Shown: positions 32,301 to 41,520, numbered from the stretch's first letter. The stretch is 64,000 bases of DNA from an uncultured cyanobacterium (GCA_963718615.1 OY970368.1:5248001-5312000); one strand, 5' to 3'. Translations and numbers: made by a program. The notes: generated from the sequence alone by a model not told the origin.

Positions 32301-34664
32301 AGCAACCTAGTGGCGGGAAATGATTACAAGCTAAGAGTTTCCAGCATCAACAATAGTCAGCTTTTTGATGAAAGCGACAGTTTCTTTAGCATCACCCCTA
32401 ACATTTATCCACCTGCTTTCGTTCAATTAGAAGTGACGGATGCATATGCGTCAGAAAGTTCTCTTAATCCTGGTGAGTTTAAATTTACAAGAACGGGAAA
32501 TCTAAACAGTTACATAACGGTTAAGTATGGCCCAGTAGATGGTGATGCTCAAAACGGTACAGACTATAGTTTCTTGAATGGAACAATAACCTTTTTACCT
32601 GGAGAGACAACCAAAATTCTGAAAGTATTTCCAATTGATGATTCAATCTTGGAATCTGAAGAGCTAATCAGTATAGCTCTTGAATCGGGAACAGGATACA
32701 ATATAGACGAGACGAAAAAAGGCGGTACAGTCTTATTGATTGATAATGACTCTTCCTACACCCCTTGGACGGCTGTTGATTCAGGATTGAAGTCGTCTCA
32801 GGGACGTGGTGCAGCATGGATAGATTATGACGGTGATGGAGATCTAGATCTGTTCTTGCCCAACTACAATTCATCTGATAGTAGTGAATCTTCTAAGCTA
32901 TATAGGAATGATGGCGGAAAATTTACAGATACAAATTCAGCTATCGTGGCTATGTTTTCGGGAGAATCAGATTGGGGTGACTATGACAATGATGGAGATT
33001 TAGACTTGGTTCTTACTAGGTCTGGAACAACGAAGCTTTACCGTAATGACAGTGGATATCTCTTTGATACCTATATGAGCTTAGGCAGTTCTTGGGCAGG
33101 AGATGTTGCATGGGGAGACTATGACAATGACGGTGACTTAGATTTGGCGATCATTGGAGAGTCTAGCATCTCTCAGATTAGTGGTAAATGGGTTTACTCA
33201 GCATCTCTTTATAATAACAATAAAGGAACTTTTACTAAGGTTGATGCTCAGCTTGGACAGGCATCTTTTGGTTCTATCAACTGGGGAGATTATGACAACG
33301 ACAGAGATCTTGATCTACTGATTTCTGGATTTGATAGTGAATCAGAACAATACATTGCAAAAGTTTTCCGTAATGATAATGGAAGATTCACAAACATTAA
33401 TGCAAATTTAGTGCCTGTATATGGTGAATCAGCATGGGGAGACTACGATGGTGATGGAAACTTAGATATTCTGTTAACTGGTAGAACAGATAATACATGG
33501 TCTCAGCTAGACCAGAAGACATTGGTGTACAAAAATAATGGATTGGGTTCGTTCTCTAAAAGAATAGATAATCCCTCATATTCTGATGGTAATGGAGGCT
33601 GGGGGGATGTTAACAATGATGGATTACTAGACGTTCTCTTATCTGGTTCAAGTGGTGGAACGAGCAACGCAAGTGTTCAGCAAGGAACGAGTAGTGGCTT
33701 CACCTCATCTTCATTCTATAGTAGGCTTTTCGGGCAAGAAGCTATTTGGGGAGATTATGATAATGATGGTGATTTAGATGTTTTGGTTACAGGTACGATT
33801 GGTGACTACCAAGCTGGCACTGATGCCCAGGTTTCACTACTGTATCGAAATAATATCTCTCAAGGCAATTCAAAGCCTAGTACTCCTAGTAATCCGTCAT
33901 CTTTTGTTGTTGGAACAACAGTTGATCTCTCTTGGGGAAAGGCGGCAGATACTGTTACCCCCGTCAATGGCCTAACCTATAATCTCCGAATTGGAACGAC
34001 ACCGGGAGGTTCTGAGATTATGTCAGCAATGTCTACAGCTAATGGCAGCTTGCTAACAGCTAAAATAGGAAATGTAAATCACAATACGGCATGGATGCTT
34101 AAAGACCTTGAGCCTGGGCTTTACTACTGGAGTGTACAAGCTGTTGATGGAGCATTTAAAGGCTCTTCTTTTTCCGAAGAGCATATCTTTCGAATCAGTG
34201 GATATAGTACGACACCAATTGTAAAGTATAGCTTTACTTATTACTATGGCGGTCAGTTTGTAGATTCCAATTTGCCTGAAAATAAGGATATTGCTGACTG
34301 GTATATAGGCTCTGTATATGCTCCGAGAGGAAGCTTTAAACAAGGTCAGATTATTGATCCTAATCCTCTAAATAATGAGGTAGGAAAAAATGGTCGGTAT
34401 GTCTTCTGGGATGCTAGCGAACAAGGTGTTGGCACTTGGGACGATCTAGGCAAGGTTGAAGTCATAAGCTATTTCAATGGACAAAACCAAAAAGCTTATG
34501 TGCCAGAGGTTCAAGGAATCGGTCTAAACGGTTTGGGCAGCGAGTTTGGTTATCTTCGTAGGGGAGTTGATGTCAGTTACTTTGGTGGTGATTACTACGA
34601 AGCTTCGATCGGCGCAATAGGAATTGTTACCGCAACAGGTACAGTTCTGACTGACAGATCTTAA
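29325..34664 (+). CDS. Large mosaic extracellular protein: FG-GAP/VCBS repeats, HExxH metalloprotease domain, duplicated Ig-like Ser/Thr-rich domains, CARDB-like, Calx-beta, second FG-GAP propeller, FN3-like domain
   Basis: DFDGDGKxDILWR repeats; ALHEIAHALGF...SH...LMDP; two ITSPNGGNQL domains; PDLVV...ESNENNN; GTITFLPGETTK...DD...E; WGDYDNDGDLD repeats; YYWSVQAVD. Confidence 0.8.
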   Translation: MSFSAANGAQNAFTPLSAAFAIGAELEPRDRSLNGLGGNVDELLGLAVQQSYSALVAFAQRQDFEQQMQVAFGAAYDREQAGQFFATLDKVGLEALPRLEVLEDEILQGALGVYAKDVDTVYVSRDFVESASIDQLTGVLLEEFGHGIDARINQSDAAGDEGDIFSRLVLGKGIAEGELRSIKAEDDSSQITVNGKLLAVEQAQQDFDGDGKADLFWRNEKTGANKIAFSYGTNAETETNILALSDTQWKVAGTGDFDGDGKSDILWRHYGRGENQIWFMNGSVRKAEQKLMSIGDVNWAIAGTNDFNGDNKTDIVWRNEQTGQNLVWYMNGAVPQKAENLQAVTGKGWAIAATADFNNDNQTDILWRHQESDQNVLWLMNGKECTETKLLPQLGKSTLRIEGTSDFNQDGQMDLLVRDDSTGQQTTWLMNGGSTEVSSKITIGTAAGQGWSSLMQSHNIKAGNSDTVQIKNGFQIEIDYSFDTKGWFTAERKKTLEDAAKIWSSIIQDEFENTPVGYKIWVQNPETGIAQDVIVDRPIDDIRIYVGARQLGDSVLGRGGAAGYQETRYTGNDFEPRSGMVVFDEDSNWFFESNWKTNNVVPVGKSDFLSVALHEIAHALGFSQGTDAFERLTQNGYFIGENAKRENNGQSVALSGDLSHIEPSGGAVIGVVEELMDPSTMSGTRSLPSRLDAAILDDIGYEIDYNAISALINPIQPKITITSPNGGNQLTAGSTYSITWADNLGENVSIGLYKGATKVQTLFTSTASDGSESWIVPSNLVAGNDYKLRISNVNNSQIFDESDSFFSITASPKPDLVVQNPSALSSVTVGDSITIGASTQNIGNTIAGTSTIRYWLSNDTLLSSDDISLGSDPVGGLGINGSEADTHTFTYSESWGTGMKYLLFEADGFKSVLESNENNNVTARSITIQPKPYVRITSPNGGNQLTAGSTYSITWADNISENVSIDLYKGSTKVQTLFTSTASDGSESWTVPSNLVAGNDYKLRVSSINNSQLFDESDSFFSITPNIYPPAFVQLEVTDAYASESSLNPGEFKFTRTGNLNSYITVKYGPVDGDAQNGTDYSFLNGTITFLPGETTKILKVFPIDDSILESEELISIALESGTGYNIDETKKGGTVLLIDNDSSYTPWTAVDSGLKSSQGRGAAWIDYDGDGDLDLFLPNYNSSDSSESSKLYRNDGGKFTDTNSAIVAMFSGESDWGDYDNDGDLDLVLTRSGTTKLYRNDSGYLFDTYMSLGSSWAGDVAWGDYDNDGDLDLAIIGESSISQISGKWVYSASLYNNNKGTFTKVDAQLGQASFGSINWGDYDNDRDLDLLISGFDSESEQYIAKVFRNDNGRFTNINANLVPVYGESAWGDYDGDGNLDILLTGRTDNTWSQLDQKTLVYKNNGLGSFSKRIDNPSYSDGNGGWGDVNNDGLLDVLLSGSSGGTSNASVQQGTSSGFTSSSFYSRLFGQEAIWGDYDNDGDLDVLVTGTIGDYQAGTDAQVSLLYRNNISQGNSKPSTPSNPSSFVVGTTVDLSWGKAADTVTPVNGLTYNLRIGTTPGGSEIMSAMSTANGSLLTAKIGNVNHNTAWMLKDLEPGLYYWSVQAVDGAFKGSSFSEEHIFRISGYSTTPIVKYSFTYYYGGQFVDSNLPENKDIADWYIGSVYAPRGSFKQGQIIDPNPLNNEVGKNGRYVFWDASEQGVGTWDDLGKVEVISYFNGQNQKAYVPEVQGIGLNGLGSEFGYLRRGVDVSYFGGDYYEASIGAIGIVTATGTVLTDRS
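31485..32395 (+). repeat. Internal ~275-bp duplication (copies at ~31485-31760 and ~32130-32395)
   Basis: Two near-identical ITSPNGGNQLTAGSTYSITWADN...DESDSFFSIT coding segments; differences are mostly at synonymous positions. Confidence 0.85.
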
Positions 34665-34695
34665 CCTAGCTTGCTAGCGATCCCTCATTCTTAAA

Positions 34696-35313
34696 TTAGG
34701 GTGGTAGCAACTGGGTTAGGGACAGTATCAATCCCGGAAAGGCCAAAGGTGAAACTTGGTTGGGTTCTCTCAGGATGAGATGGCTCCTGTAACCCGTGGA
34801 CGTTGGGTCGCGGAAGATATGAAGCTGGCGATCGTTGAGATCGATCACCCAATAGTCAGCAATACCGGCCTGGGCATAGAGTTTGTCCTTGCTCTCCGTA
34901 TCGTATTTAATCGTTGAACCAGCAACTTCAATAACAAGGAGAACATCTTGAGGACGGGGATAATGGTCCGCGTAGTCTAGAATGGTACCTTGAACAATTG
35001 CCAAATCAGGCTCAGGTTCAGAAAAATCATCGAGATAAATGGGATCTTGAGTGCTCACAAACACAGGTTGGTCTGCCAGCAACGCTTCTAATCTGTTGCA
35101 TCCTAGACGAACCGCTAGGACATGGAGCGTTCCTTTTGCAACCATCAGTGTAATTTGTCCGGCAATCAGTTCTGTGTTTTCATCCGGTGTGAGGATGCCC
35201 AGCTCACTCATGCGGTGGTATTCCCGAACGGTCCAACGCTTGAGGACAGACGGGTCTGGGCTAAATGCAAAGAGGGGCAGCGGAGAGACGGTTGGCATGG
35301 CGATCGCCCTCAA
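34696..35313 (-). CDS. Uma2-family (DUF820) endonuclease-like protein
   Basis: WTVREYHRM, ELIAG, SEPEPDL, LVIEVA, KLYAQAGIADYWVIDL. Confidence 0.92.
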   Translation of the reverse strand: MRAIAMPTVSPLPLFAFSPDPSVLKRWTVREYHRMSELGILTPDENTELIAGQITLMVAKGTLHVLAVRLGCNRLEALLADQPVFVSTQDPIYLDDFSEPEPDLAIVQGTILDYADHYPRPQDVLLVIEVAGSTIKYDTESKDKLYAQAGIADYWVIDLNDRQLHIFRDPTSTGYRSHLILREPNQVSPLAFPGLILSLTQLLPP

Positions 35314-35443
35314 ACATCAACGAAATGACTGAACCTGAATAACCAAAACCTGAATAACCAACAATATCGAGCCTGGGGAAGACCTCCATTATAATCTGCC
35401 AGCCCCAGAGAATCCTCACGAGAGAAGCTAACTCGACGACGAC

Positions 35444-35746
35444 TCACAAAAGATGCCGAGTCAACAAGCTCATAACCTCTTCCGGCTGAACCGGAATGAT
35501 GAGCTGTTCATGGGGAATTGCAATCAGTGGGCTCCAATGAATCGTTTCCCCATACCGTAAGTGGTGCAGAAGGTGAATGGTCTGCCGCACAGCCGCAGGA
35601 CGGCCTAGCAAAATATGTCGCAGCCGATCGCCCTCCCGCAGGGAAACTTCAGCGCTAGTCCCCTCCGCACTAGTCCCGGCTTGCGCCATGGTTGCGGGTG
35701 AAGCGATCGCCCCTTCCTCATTCCCTCTAAAGCTCTGAATGGTCAT
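35444..35746 (-). CDS. Small conserved cyanobacterial hypothetical protein
   Basis: LRHILLGRPAAVRQTIHLLHHLRYGETIHWSP...EVMSLLTR. ATG 35746 chosen because the longer TTG start (35803) coincides with a TTGACA -35 box. Confidence 0.7.
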   Translation of the reverse strand: MTIQSFRGNEEGAIASPATMAQAGTSAEGTSAEVSLREGDRLRHILLGRPAAVRQTIHLLHHLRYGETIHWSPLIAIPHEQLIIPVQPEEVMSLLTRHLL

Positions 35747-35773
35747 GGATTTCTCTGGATAGAATCTCCCCCT

Positions 35774-35803
35774 AGAATGACTGCCAGCCGGACAATCTGT
35801 CAA
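35774..35803 (-). promoter_or_regulatory. Sigma70-type promoter with an imperfect palindrome in the spacer
   Basis: Minus strand: TTGACA-18 nt-CATTCT; the spacer contains TGTCCG-G-CTGGCA (35782-35794). Confidence 0.55.
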
Positions 35804-35815
35804 TTTTATGTCTTT

Positions 35816-36325
35816 TTAGTTTGAAGTGGATGATCGGGGAGGTTGTGATCTCATCGTGAGAATTTGTTGCTGGGCAATCCGCTCCAAATGCTTAGCCGTT
35901 GACCGATCGGGCTCATACACCCCCGTCTCCCACTCACTCACGGTCTGTCGTCGCACCCCCAACTCTTGCGCAAATTTTGCCTGGGTTAAGCCCATGCTTT
36001 TGCGGAGGGCTTTAATGTTGGCTGAGTTCCAGGCGATCGCCCCGTCCTGGGGATGCACTAAATATTGCGCTTGAAACTGGCGGAATATGACGGTTTCCTG
36101 GTCTAAAGCGATGGATTCCACATGATAGCCCGCTTCGAGCCAAGCTCGGGCTTGCAAGGCGCGATCGCTACCCCGGTTGCTCCACCAAGCTCGCTGACGC
36201 CGCGCTGAGGTCGGCAGCGTATTGCCAAGGATTTGCTCAATCTCTGCGAAACGAAAGCTCACTGCCTCCTGCTCACAATGGTTGAGTTGTTCAAACAACG
36301 GGTAATATTTACTTCCGACCTTCAT
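35816..36325 (-). CDS. XRE/HTH_3 regulator with an extra N-terminal domain (DUF7662-like)
   Basis: N-terminal SKYYPLFEQL...FAEIEQILG..LP.SA....AWWSN....QARAWLEAGY; C-terminal IKALRKSMGLTQAKFAQELGVRRQTVSEWETG. Confidence 0.85.
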   Translation of the reverse strand: MKVGSKYYPLFEQLNHCEQEAVSFRFAEIEQILGNTLPTSARRQRAWWSNRGSDRALQARAWLEAGYHVESIALDQETVIFRQFQAQYLVHPQDGAIAWNSANIKALRKSMGLTQAKFAQELGVRRQTVSEWETGVYEPDRSTAKHLERIAQQQILTMRSQPPRSSTSN

Positions 36326-36375
36326 GCATTACGCCCCTTGAGGCCATCGACATTTTTCTATCGGTTTGCGATCGC

Positions 36376-39177
36376 TTACTCGCTAACCAGCAACGCAACA
36401 GGAAATGTTCGTAAAGCATCGCGAAGCCATAACGTTTCTCCTGGTTCCAGCACCTGCCCTGTTATCAGATCTCGCCAGCCTTGAATGGCATCGTCACTCG
36501 GTGGCTGAATCCGGGTTTCATACCAAACTTGCTCTCCAAGGGGAAATTCTCCCGGCTTGACAAGTGAAGCGGTTAAACGGGGAGCGATGGCAATCAGGTG
36601 CTGGTCTCCCAATTCACGGCCAAAGGCAATTACATGTTGTTTTAAACTGCCCGCAACTGGAAGTTTTTGATAGCTCCCTCTCAAAAATAGCTCTCGATGG
36701 GATTGGCGTGCTTGCAGCAATTGATGAATCAGATAGAGCTTAATCCGGCCATCTGCGCAGGTTTGCAAGAGTCCATCCAATAACGCGATTGGATCTGACG
36801 CTGATTTTTCTCGCAAATCTTGCAACAATTGAAATCGTTTCTCGTAGTCTACTGGGCGACGATTGTCAGGATCAACCATACTCAAATCCCAGAGCTCAGT
36901 GCCTTGATAAATATCAGGAACTCCCGGTACAGTAAACTTTACTAAGGTTTGGGCAAGAGAATTCAAAATTCCATAGTGCTGTACTTTTTGAAAGAATGGC
37001 TTAAAAGACTGCAAAAACGGATTATCCTCGCGGTTTTCAAGCACGCGATCGGCAAATTGCAGAAATCCTTCCTCATATTCCGTATCTGGCTTTAGCCAAG
37101 CGGTATGAACCTTGGCTTCACGAATGGCCTTAATCAGATAATCTTTGACCCGTGCAACAACGCTGTCATGTTCGGCGGCGTCATAGGGATAGACGCCGAT
37201 CAGCGTTTGATAGAAAAAGTACTCATCATTGGCATCGGGGATGACTCGTTCTTCGTTAGAAAGGCTATGAATTGCGTTGAGCGATCGCCATTCAGATACA
37301 TTTTCTCGCCATTCGTCTGGAAGTTCTGAAAGTACGTTAATTCGCATCCGCATATCTTCACCACGTTTAGTATCGTGGGTTGCGGTAGCATTCATCGTGT
37401 GTGGCCAGTGGGCCGCACGGGTCTGAATAAAGTCATGGAACTGCTCGACGGTGATACCAAAATGGCAGGGAGAAGAGCCTACCTCATTGAGCGAAGTCAG
37501 TCGGTTATAGATATATAAAACCGTGTCCTCAACCCCCTTGGCCATCAGTGGTCCTGTAAACTGTTGCAGGCGCATGAGGAAGCGAAGCCATTGCTCTCGA
37601 TCTTCATCCGATAGAGATTCGTCGAATTTGAGTAACAGGAATTTTTCAATAAATGAGAGTTCGTTGAGAAAGTTTGGAATATTTTTCTTGGCCTGACGAA
37701 TCACTTGCTTAATACATTCTTGATCGGAACGACTCGCACCATCACGATTCGTATAGGTCCGATAGACTGGAAAGACTACTAAAATCTCAACTAAAGCAGC
37801 CTTAAGGCCGAATAGTGTGAAATCACTAGCATGCCGATAGCGTCCTGAAATCTGCTTCAGCATATGAGCAAGATTATCAATATCACCTGCTAGATATTTG
37901 CTGACAATCAGACGTTTTTTCTTGTCAATTAAAGCATTGCAAGATAAGGCCGTGCCAACGATTTCACGGTAGATAGAATCGAAGTTAGACTCGGCATCGC
38001 TATTGCATAAAACCCCGTTGATTTGATTCAGAAAATCATATCCGGTCGTCCCTTGAACGGACCATCCGAGGGGTAAATCTTCACCGGGCTCTAGGATTTT
38101 TTCCACGGTCAGATACGCATCTGGGGCATGTTCCCGTAAGCGCCAAACATAGGTTGTTGGATCGTACAGACCATCAATGTGATCAATTCGCAGCCCCGTA
38201 ATTTTACCCTCTTGCATTAACGAGAAAACCAGTTCATGAACCGTATCGAATACAGACTCTTCTTCAACACGAAGCGAAATTAGCTCGTTAACTGTAAAAA
38301 AACGTCGATAATTGAGTTCTTCATTGCCCACTTTCCAATAGGAGAGCCGGTAGAATTGCTCCTGGAGAATGTCACCCAATCGATTAAAACTTTCAGGGTG
38401 TCCTATTTCACCGTTCACCACCTTAAGATTGTCTTCAATGAATTGTTTGACCTCTGGAGAATCGTTCCATAGCTCCCATAACATACGCTTGATGAACGCA
38501 ATCTGATCGTAGCGTTCTCGCCCTTCTTCTTCCTGATCGGTGGAAATGTATTTAAGGGCGTATAAAGCCCCTAGTAATTTGATAAAATCAGGATTTTCTC
38601 GACCTAATCGTTTGCGGAGGCGATCGAGATCGTAGGTTAAAATGCGATAATAGGATTCAATACGAATTGGAAATTTGAGACTATAGTAGTTAATCGAAAA
38701 GCCTTCCTGACCATAGGCAAGCTGTAGCTCCCCAGACTCTAAACAATCGCCATAGAACTTACCCAAAAAAGGCGCGAGTACCCGTCCCCGAATATCCCCG
38801 TAGGGGTGATCCCAATCAATGTCAAAGAAGTCTCGATGCTCAGAATTGGGACCATTTTCAAGAACATCAATTAGGATCGGGTTTTGGCTATCAAAGGCCA
38901 TATGGTTGGGGACGATATCCTGTATCCAGCCAATGCCAAAACCTTGCAGGGTTTCGCTCAAGATTTCAAACTGAGAACGTCCTCCCAACTCTTCATTGAC
39001 CATCTTGGGATCAACCCCATCGTAACCATGGGTGCTGCCCTGGCGGGGCTTGAGGATGGGAGAGGCATAGATATCCGAAATCCCTAGCTGGCTGAGGTAA
39101 GGGGCGATCGCCTCAGCCGCTCTAAAATCAAAGTCAGGATTAAACTGAATGCGGTAAGTTGCGACGGGGATCTTCAT
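36376..39177 (-). CDS. treY: Malto-oligosyltrehalose synthase
   Basis: PVATYRIQF, GSTHGYD, DIVPNHM, LNYRRFF, GLRIDHIDGL, VEKIL, AKGVEDT, ATHDTKRGED, DPDNRRPVDY. Start at MKIP (39177); ORF track 39228. Confidence 0.95.
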   Translation of the reverse strand: MKIPVATYRIQFNPDFDFRAAEAIAPYLSQLGISDIYASPILKPRQGSTHGYDGVDPKMVNEELGGRSQFEILSETLQGFGIGWIQDIVPNHMAFDSQNPILIDVLENGPNSEHRDFFDIDWDHPYGDIRGRVLAPFLGKFYGDCLESGELQLAYGQEGFSINYYSLKFPIRIESYYRILTYDLDRLRKRLGRENPDFIKLLGALYALKYISTDQEEEGRERYDQIAFIKRMLWELWNDSPEVKQFIEDNLKVVNGEIGHPESFNRLGDILQEQFYRLSYWKVGNEELNYRRFFTVNELISLRVEEESVFDTVHELVFSLMQEGKITGLRIDHIDGLYDPTTYVWRLREHAPDAYLTVEKILEPGEDLPLGWSVQGTTGYDFLNQINGVLCNSDAESNFDSIYREIVGTALSCNALIDKKKRLIVSKYLAGDIDNLAHMLKQISGRYRHASDFTLFGLKAALVEILVVFPVYRTYTNRDGASRSDQECIKQVIRQAKKNIPNFLNELSFIEKFLLLKFDESLSDEDREQWLRFLMRLQQFTGPLMAKGVEDTVLYIYNRLTSLNEVGSSPCHFGITVEQFHDFIQTRAAHWPHTMNATATHDTKRGEDMRMRINVLSELPDEWRENVSEWRSLNAIHSLSNEERVIPDANDEYFFYQTLIGVYPYDAAEHDSVVARVKDYLIKAIREAKVHTAWLKPDTEYEEGFLQFADRVLENREDNPFLQSFKPFFQKVQHYGILNSLAQTLVKFTVPGVPDIYQGTELWDLSMVDPDNRRPVDYEKRFQLLQDLREKSASDPIALLDGLLQTCADGRIKLYLIHQLLQARQSHRELFLRGSYQKLPVAGSLKQHVIAFGRELGDQHLIAIAPRLTASLVKPGEFPLGEQVWYETRIQPPSDDAIQGWRDLITGQVLEPGETLWLRDALRTFPVALLVSE

Positions 39178-39255
39178 AGCTGTCGAATTAGAAGCTAAAC
39201 AATTCTCCAAGGCCATCTCAATCATCATTGTAGGTTGAACCGGTCAGAATGCCCT

Positions 39256-41166
39256 TCATGGGGATTGGGGCTGTGCCGTTGTGCTATAAACCACGACACT
39301 GCGAGGGGGCAGCTTGAGGCTTTGCTGGGTGACGGGACCCCCTCGGGTGATGGGAATGTGGGCCGGTGCATCGCTGCCGGGGCCGCCCCAGAGGGTATCC
39401 GCAGAATCTAGGATTAAATGCCAGGTACTTGGATGGAGGGAGAGGTGCAATTCGACCGGTTGCGGGTTAAAGTTAAAGCAGGCGAGGATTTCGGACTCGT
39501 GATTCCAACGACGCAGGCAAAGAATCTGCTCGGGCTCACGGGCAGTGGCTTCAGTACTGCGATGGTCCAAATGGACTAGGGCCGGATCAGTACGGCGCAA
39601 CGCCAGTAAATCGCGGTAGAAGCGCCACAATAAACGGTGCGAACCGGTTTGTTTCAGCGGCCAATTGAGCTTAGAGGCTTCAAAGGTCTGGAGCGCTTGG
39701 GGATCAGGGGCATCTCCTTCGCTATGAAAGGCGGCAAATTCAGTTTTGCGGCCCTGACGAACGGCTTCGATTAGTGCGGGATCGCTATGGCTAACGAAGT
39801 ATTGAAAGGGTGCGGTTTCCCCATATTCTTCGCCCATAAACAGCATGGGAACATAGGGGGATAGGAGCAATGCTGCCGCCGTAAGTTTCTGACTGGCAAA
39901 ATCGAGAAGATGGGAGAAGCGATCGCCTAGCATCCGATTGCCCACTTGGTCATGATTTTGAGCAAAAACTACAAACTGTTCAGAGTGACAATCCCGAGGC
40001 AAACTGCCATGAAAGCGCTTGCGATGTTTGGAGTAATCCCAGCCGTAGACAAAAACTTTTTCGTAGGCTTTGGCCAGTTGTCCGAGCCGACCAAAATCAG
40101 CATAGTAACCGTGGTTTTCCCCGGTTACGGCTGTATGCAGGGCATGGTGAAAATCATCACTCCATTGACCGTCTAAGCCATAACCCCCTAGGCTAGTAGG
40201 CCGTACAAGTCGAGGATCATTGAGATCACTTTCCGCAATCAAATAGCGCGGAAAACCCGAGAGCTTCGATGCCGCTTCGCCCATTTCCTGCAGAATATGC
40301 TTTGCCCCAAAATCGTAAATTGCATGAACGGCATCCAACCGTAAGCCATCAAGATGACAGGTCTCTAGCCAATAGAGCACATTTTGAACAAAATATTCTC
40401 GTACCCCATCGCTGTAGGCATCGTCATAGTTGACGGCGCTACCCCAAGGGGTTTTGTACTTGTCAGTGAAATAGGTACCTAAATGCCAAAGATAGTTACC
40501 CTCAGGACCTAGATGGTTATACACCACATCTAAGAGTACCGCCATCCCTTGCTGATGACAGGCATCAACAAGGGTTTTAAGGCCCTGTACACCGCCATAG
40601 GAGTTCTGGGTCGCAAAGGGAAAGGTGCCATCATAGCCCCAGTTGCGGTAGGCACAACCGGCCTTGGACTGATCGCCGGGAAACTGGGCGATCGGCATGA
40701 GTTCGATCGCCGTTATCCCCAGATCCAATAGCTCAGGCAAACGCGTAATAATTGCCTCAAATGTCCCTTCTGGTGTGAAGGTGGCCACATGGAGTTCGTA
40801 GATTACCGCCTCGGATAATTTGAGCCCCTCCCAAGGGTGATCGCCCCAAGCAAACTGATGATGATCGACGATTTGTGAAGGCCCATGAACGCCCTCGGGC
40901 TGGAAGTGAGAGGCGGGATCAGGAGAATCCTCGCCATCAAACTGAACATAGTAAAGGGTACCTGCTTCTACTGCTTCGACCGTGGCTTGCCAATAGCCCA
41001 TGTCACCGCGATCGAGGGGGATGAGGCGATCGTCTGTCCCATCGTCCAGAGGCAGAAGATGAACCGCAACGGTGTCCTTGAGGGGGGCCCAAACGGTAAA
41101 GGTGCAGCGGCGATCGCCGAGGTACTGAGCACCAATTTTCGGAGGTTTCATGGAATGGCCTTTCAT
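39256..41166 (-). CDS. treZ: Malto-oligosyltrehalose trehalohydrolase
   Basis: PDPASHFQPEGVHGPS, RNWGYDG, DVVYNHLGPEGNY, GLRLDAVHAI, WSDDFHH, QNHDQVGNR, FMGEEYGE; next to treY. Confidence 0.94.
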   Translation of the reverse strand: MKGHSMKPPKIGAQYLGDRRCTFTVWAPLKDTVAVHLLPLDDGTDDRLIPLDRGDMGYWQATVEAVEAGTLYYVQFDGEDSPDPASHFQPEGVHGPSQIVDHHQFAWGDHPWEGLKLSEAVIYELHVATFTPEGTFEAIITRLPELLDLGITAIELMPIAQFPGDQSKAGCAYRNWGYDGTFPFATQNSYGGVQGLKTLVDACHQQGMAVLLDVVYNHLGPEGNYLWHLGTYFTDKYKTPWGSAVNYDDAYSDGVREYFVQNVLYWLETCHLDGLRLDAVHAIYDFGAKHILQEMGEAASKLSGFPRYLIAESDLNDPRLVRPTSLGGYGLDGQWSDDFHHALHTAVTGENHGYYADFGRLGQLAKAYEKVFVYGWDYSKHRKRFHGSLPRDCHSEQFVVFAQNHDQVGNRMLGDRFSHLLDFASQKLTAAALLLSPYVPMLFMGEEYGETAPFQYFVSHSDPALIEAVRQGRKTEFAAFHSEGDAPDPQALQTFEASKLNWPLKQTGSHRLLWRFYRDLLALRRTDPALVHLDHRSTEATAREPEQILCLRRWNHESEILACFNFNPQPVELHLSLHPSTWHLILDSADTLWGGPGSDAPAHIPITRGGPVTQQSLKLPPRSVVVYSTTAQPQSP

Positions 41167-41391
41167 GGGCGCTAGCGTGCAGCAAAGAATGCATCTTTCA
41201 AAGGATGTGCTCTACCGTAGAATAAACAATCTTTAGGAAGAAACCGACCCTCTTGGGATAGAGACCCGAAGAAAGAGATAGAGTACAGCTAGCGGGTACT
41301 CGGATTAGTCTAAAGGAAAGGCTGAAGCCATTGTAAATCCTTCAATCTAACTACAGATGAACTACAGACCCTCGAAACGTTTGGTTACAAA

Positions 41392-41421
41392 TTGGCCGTC
41401 ATCACCTTGGCCGTCATCACC
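41392..41421. repeat. 15-bp direct repeat x2 (TTGGCCGTCATCACC)
   Basis: Directly visible in the treZ/dps divergent intergenic region. Confidence 0.75.
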
Positions 41422-41520
41422 TAGCGCTCCGCCTGCGGAAAGATGTCAAGTGTAGGAGAATCAGAAAGGATAGGCGTAGGTTAATTGCTCTGCCCGTCGC
41501 CATTTGGTTAAGGATTTGTC

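Noticed and set aside
31485-32395. Possible diversity-generating retroelement TR/VR pair
   Set aside because: Both copies are in-frame domains of one gene, the differences are mostly synonymous and not adenine-specific, and no reverse transcriptase is present.
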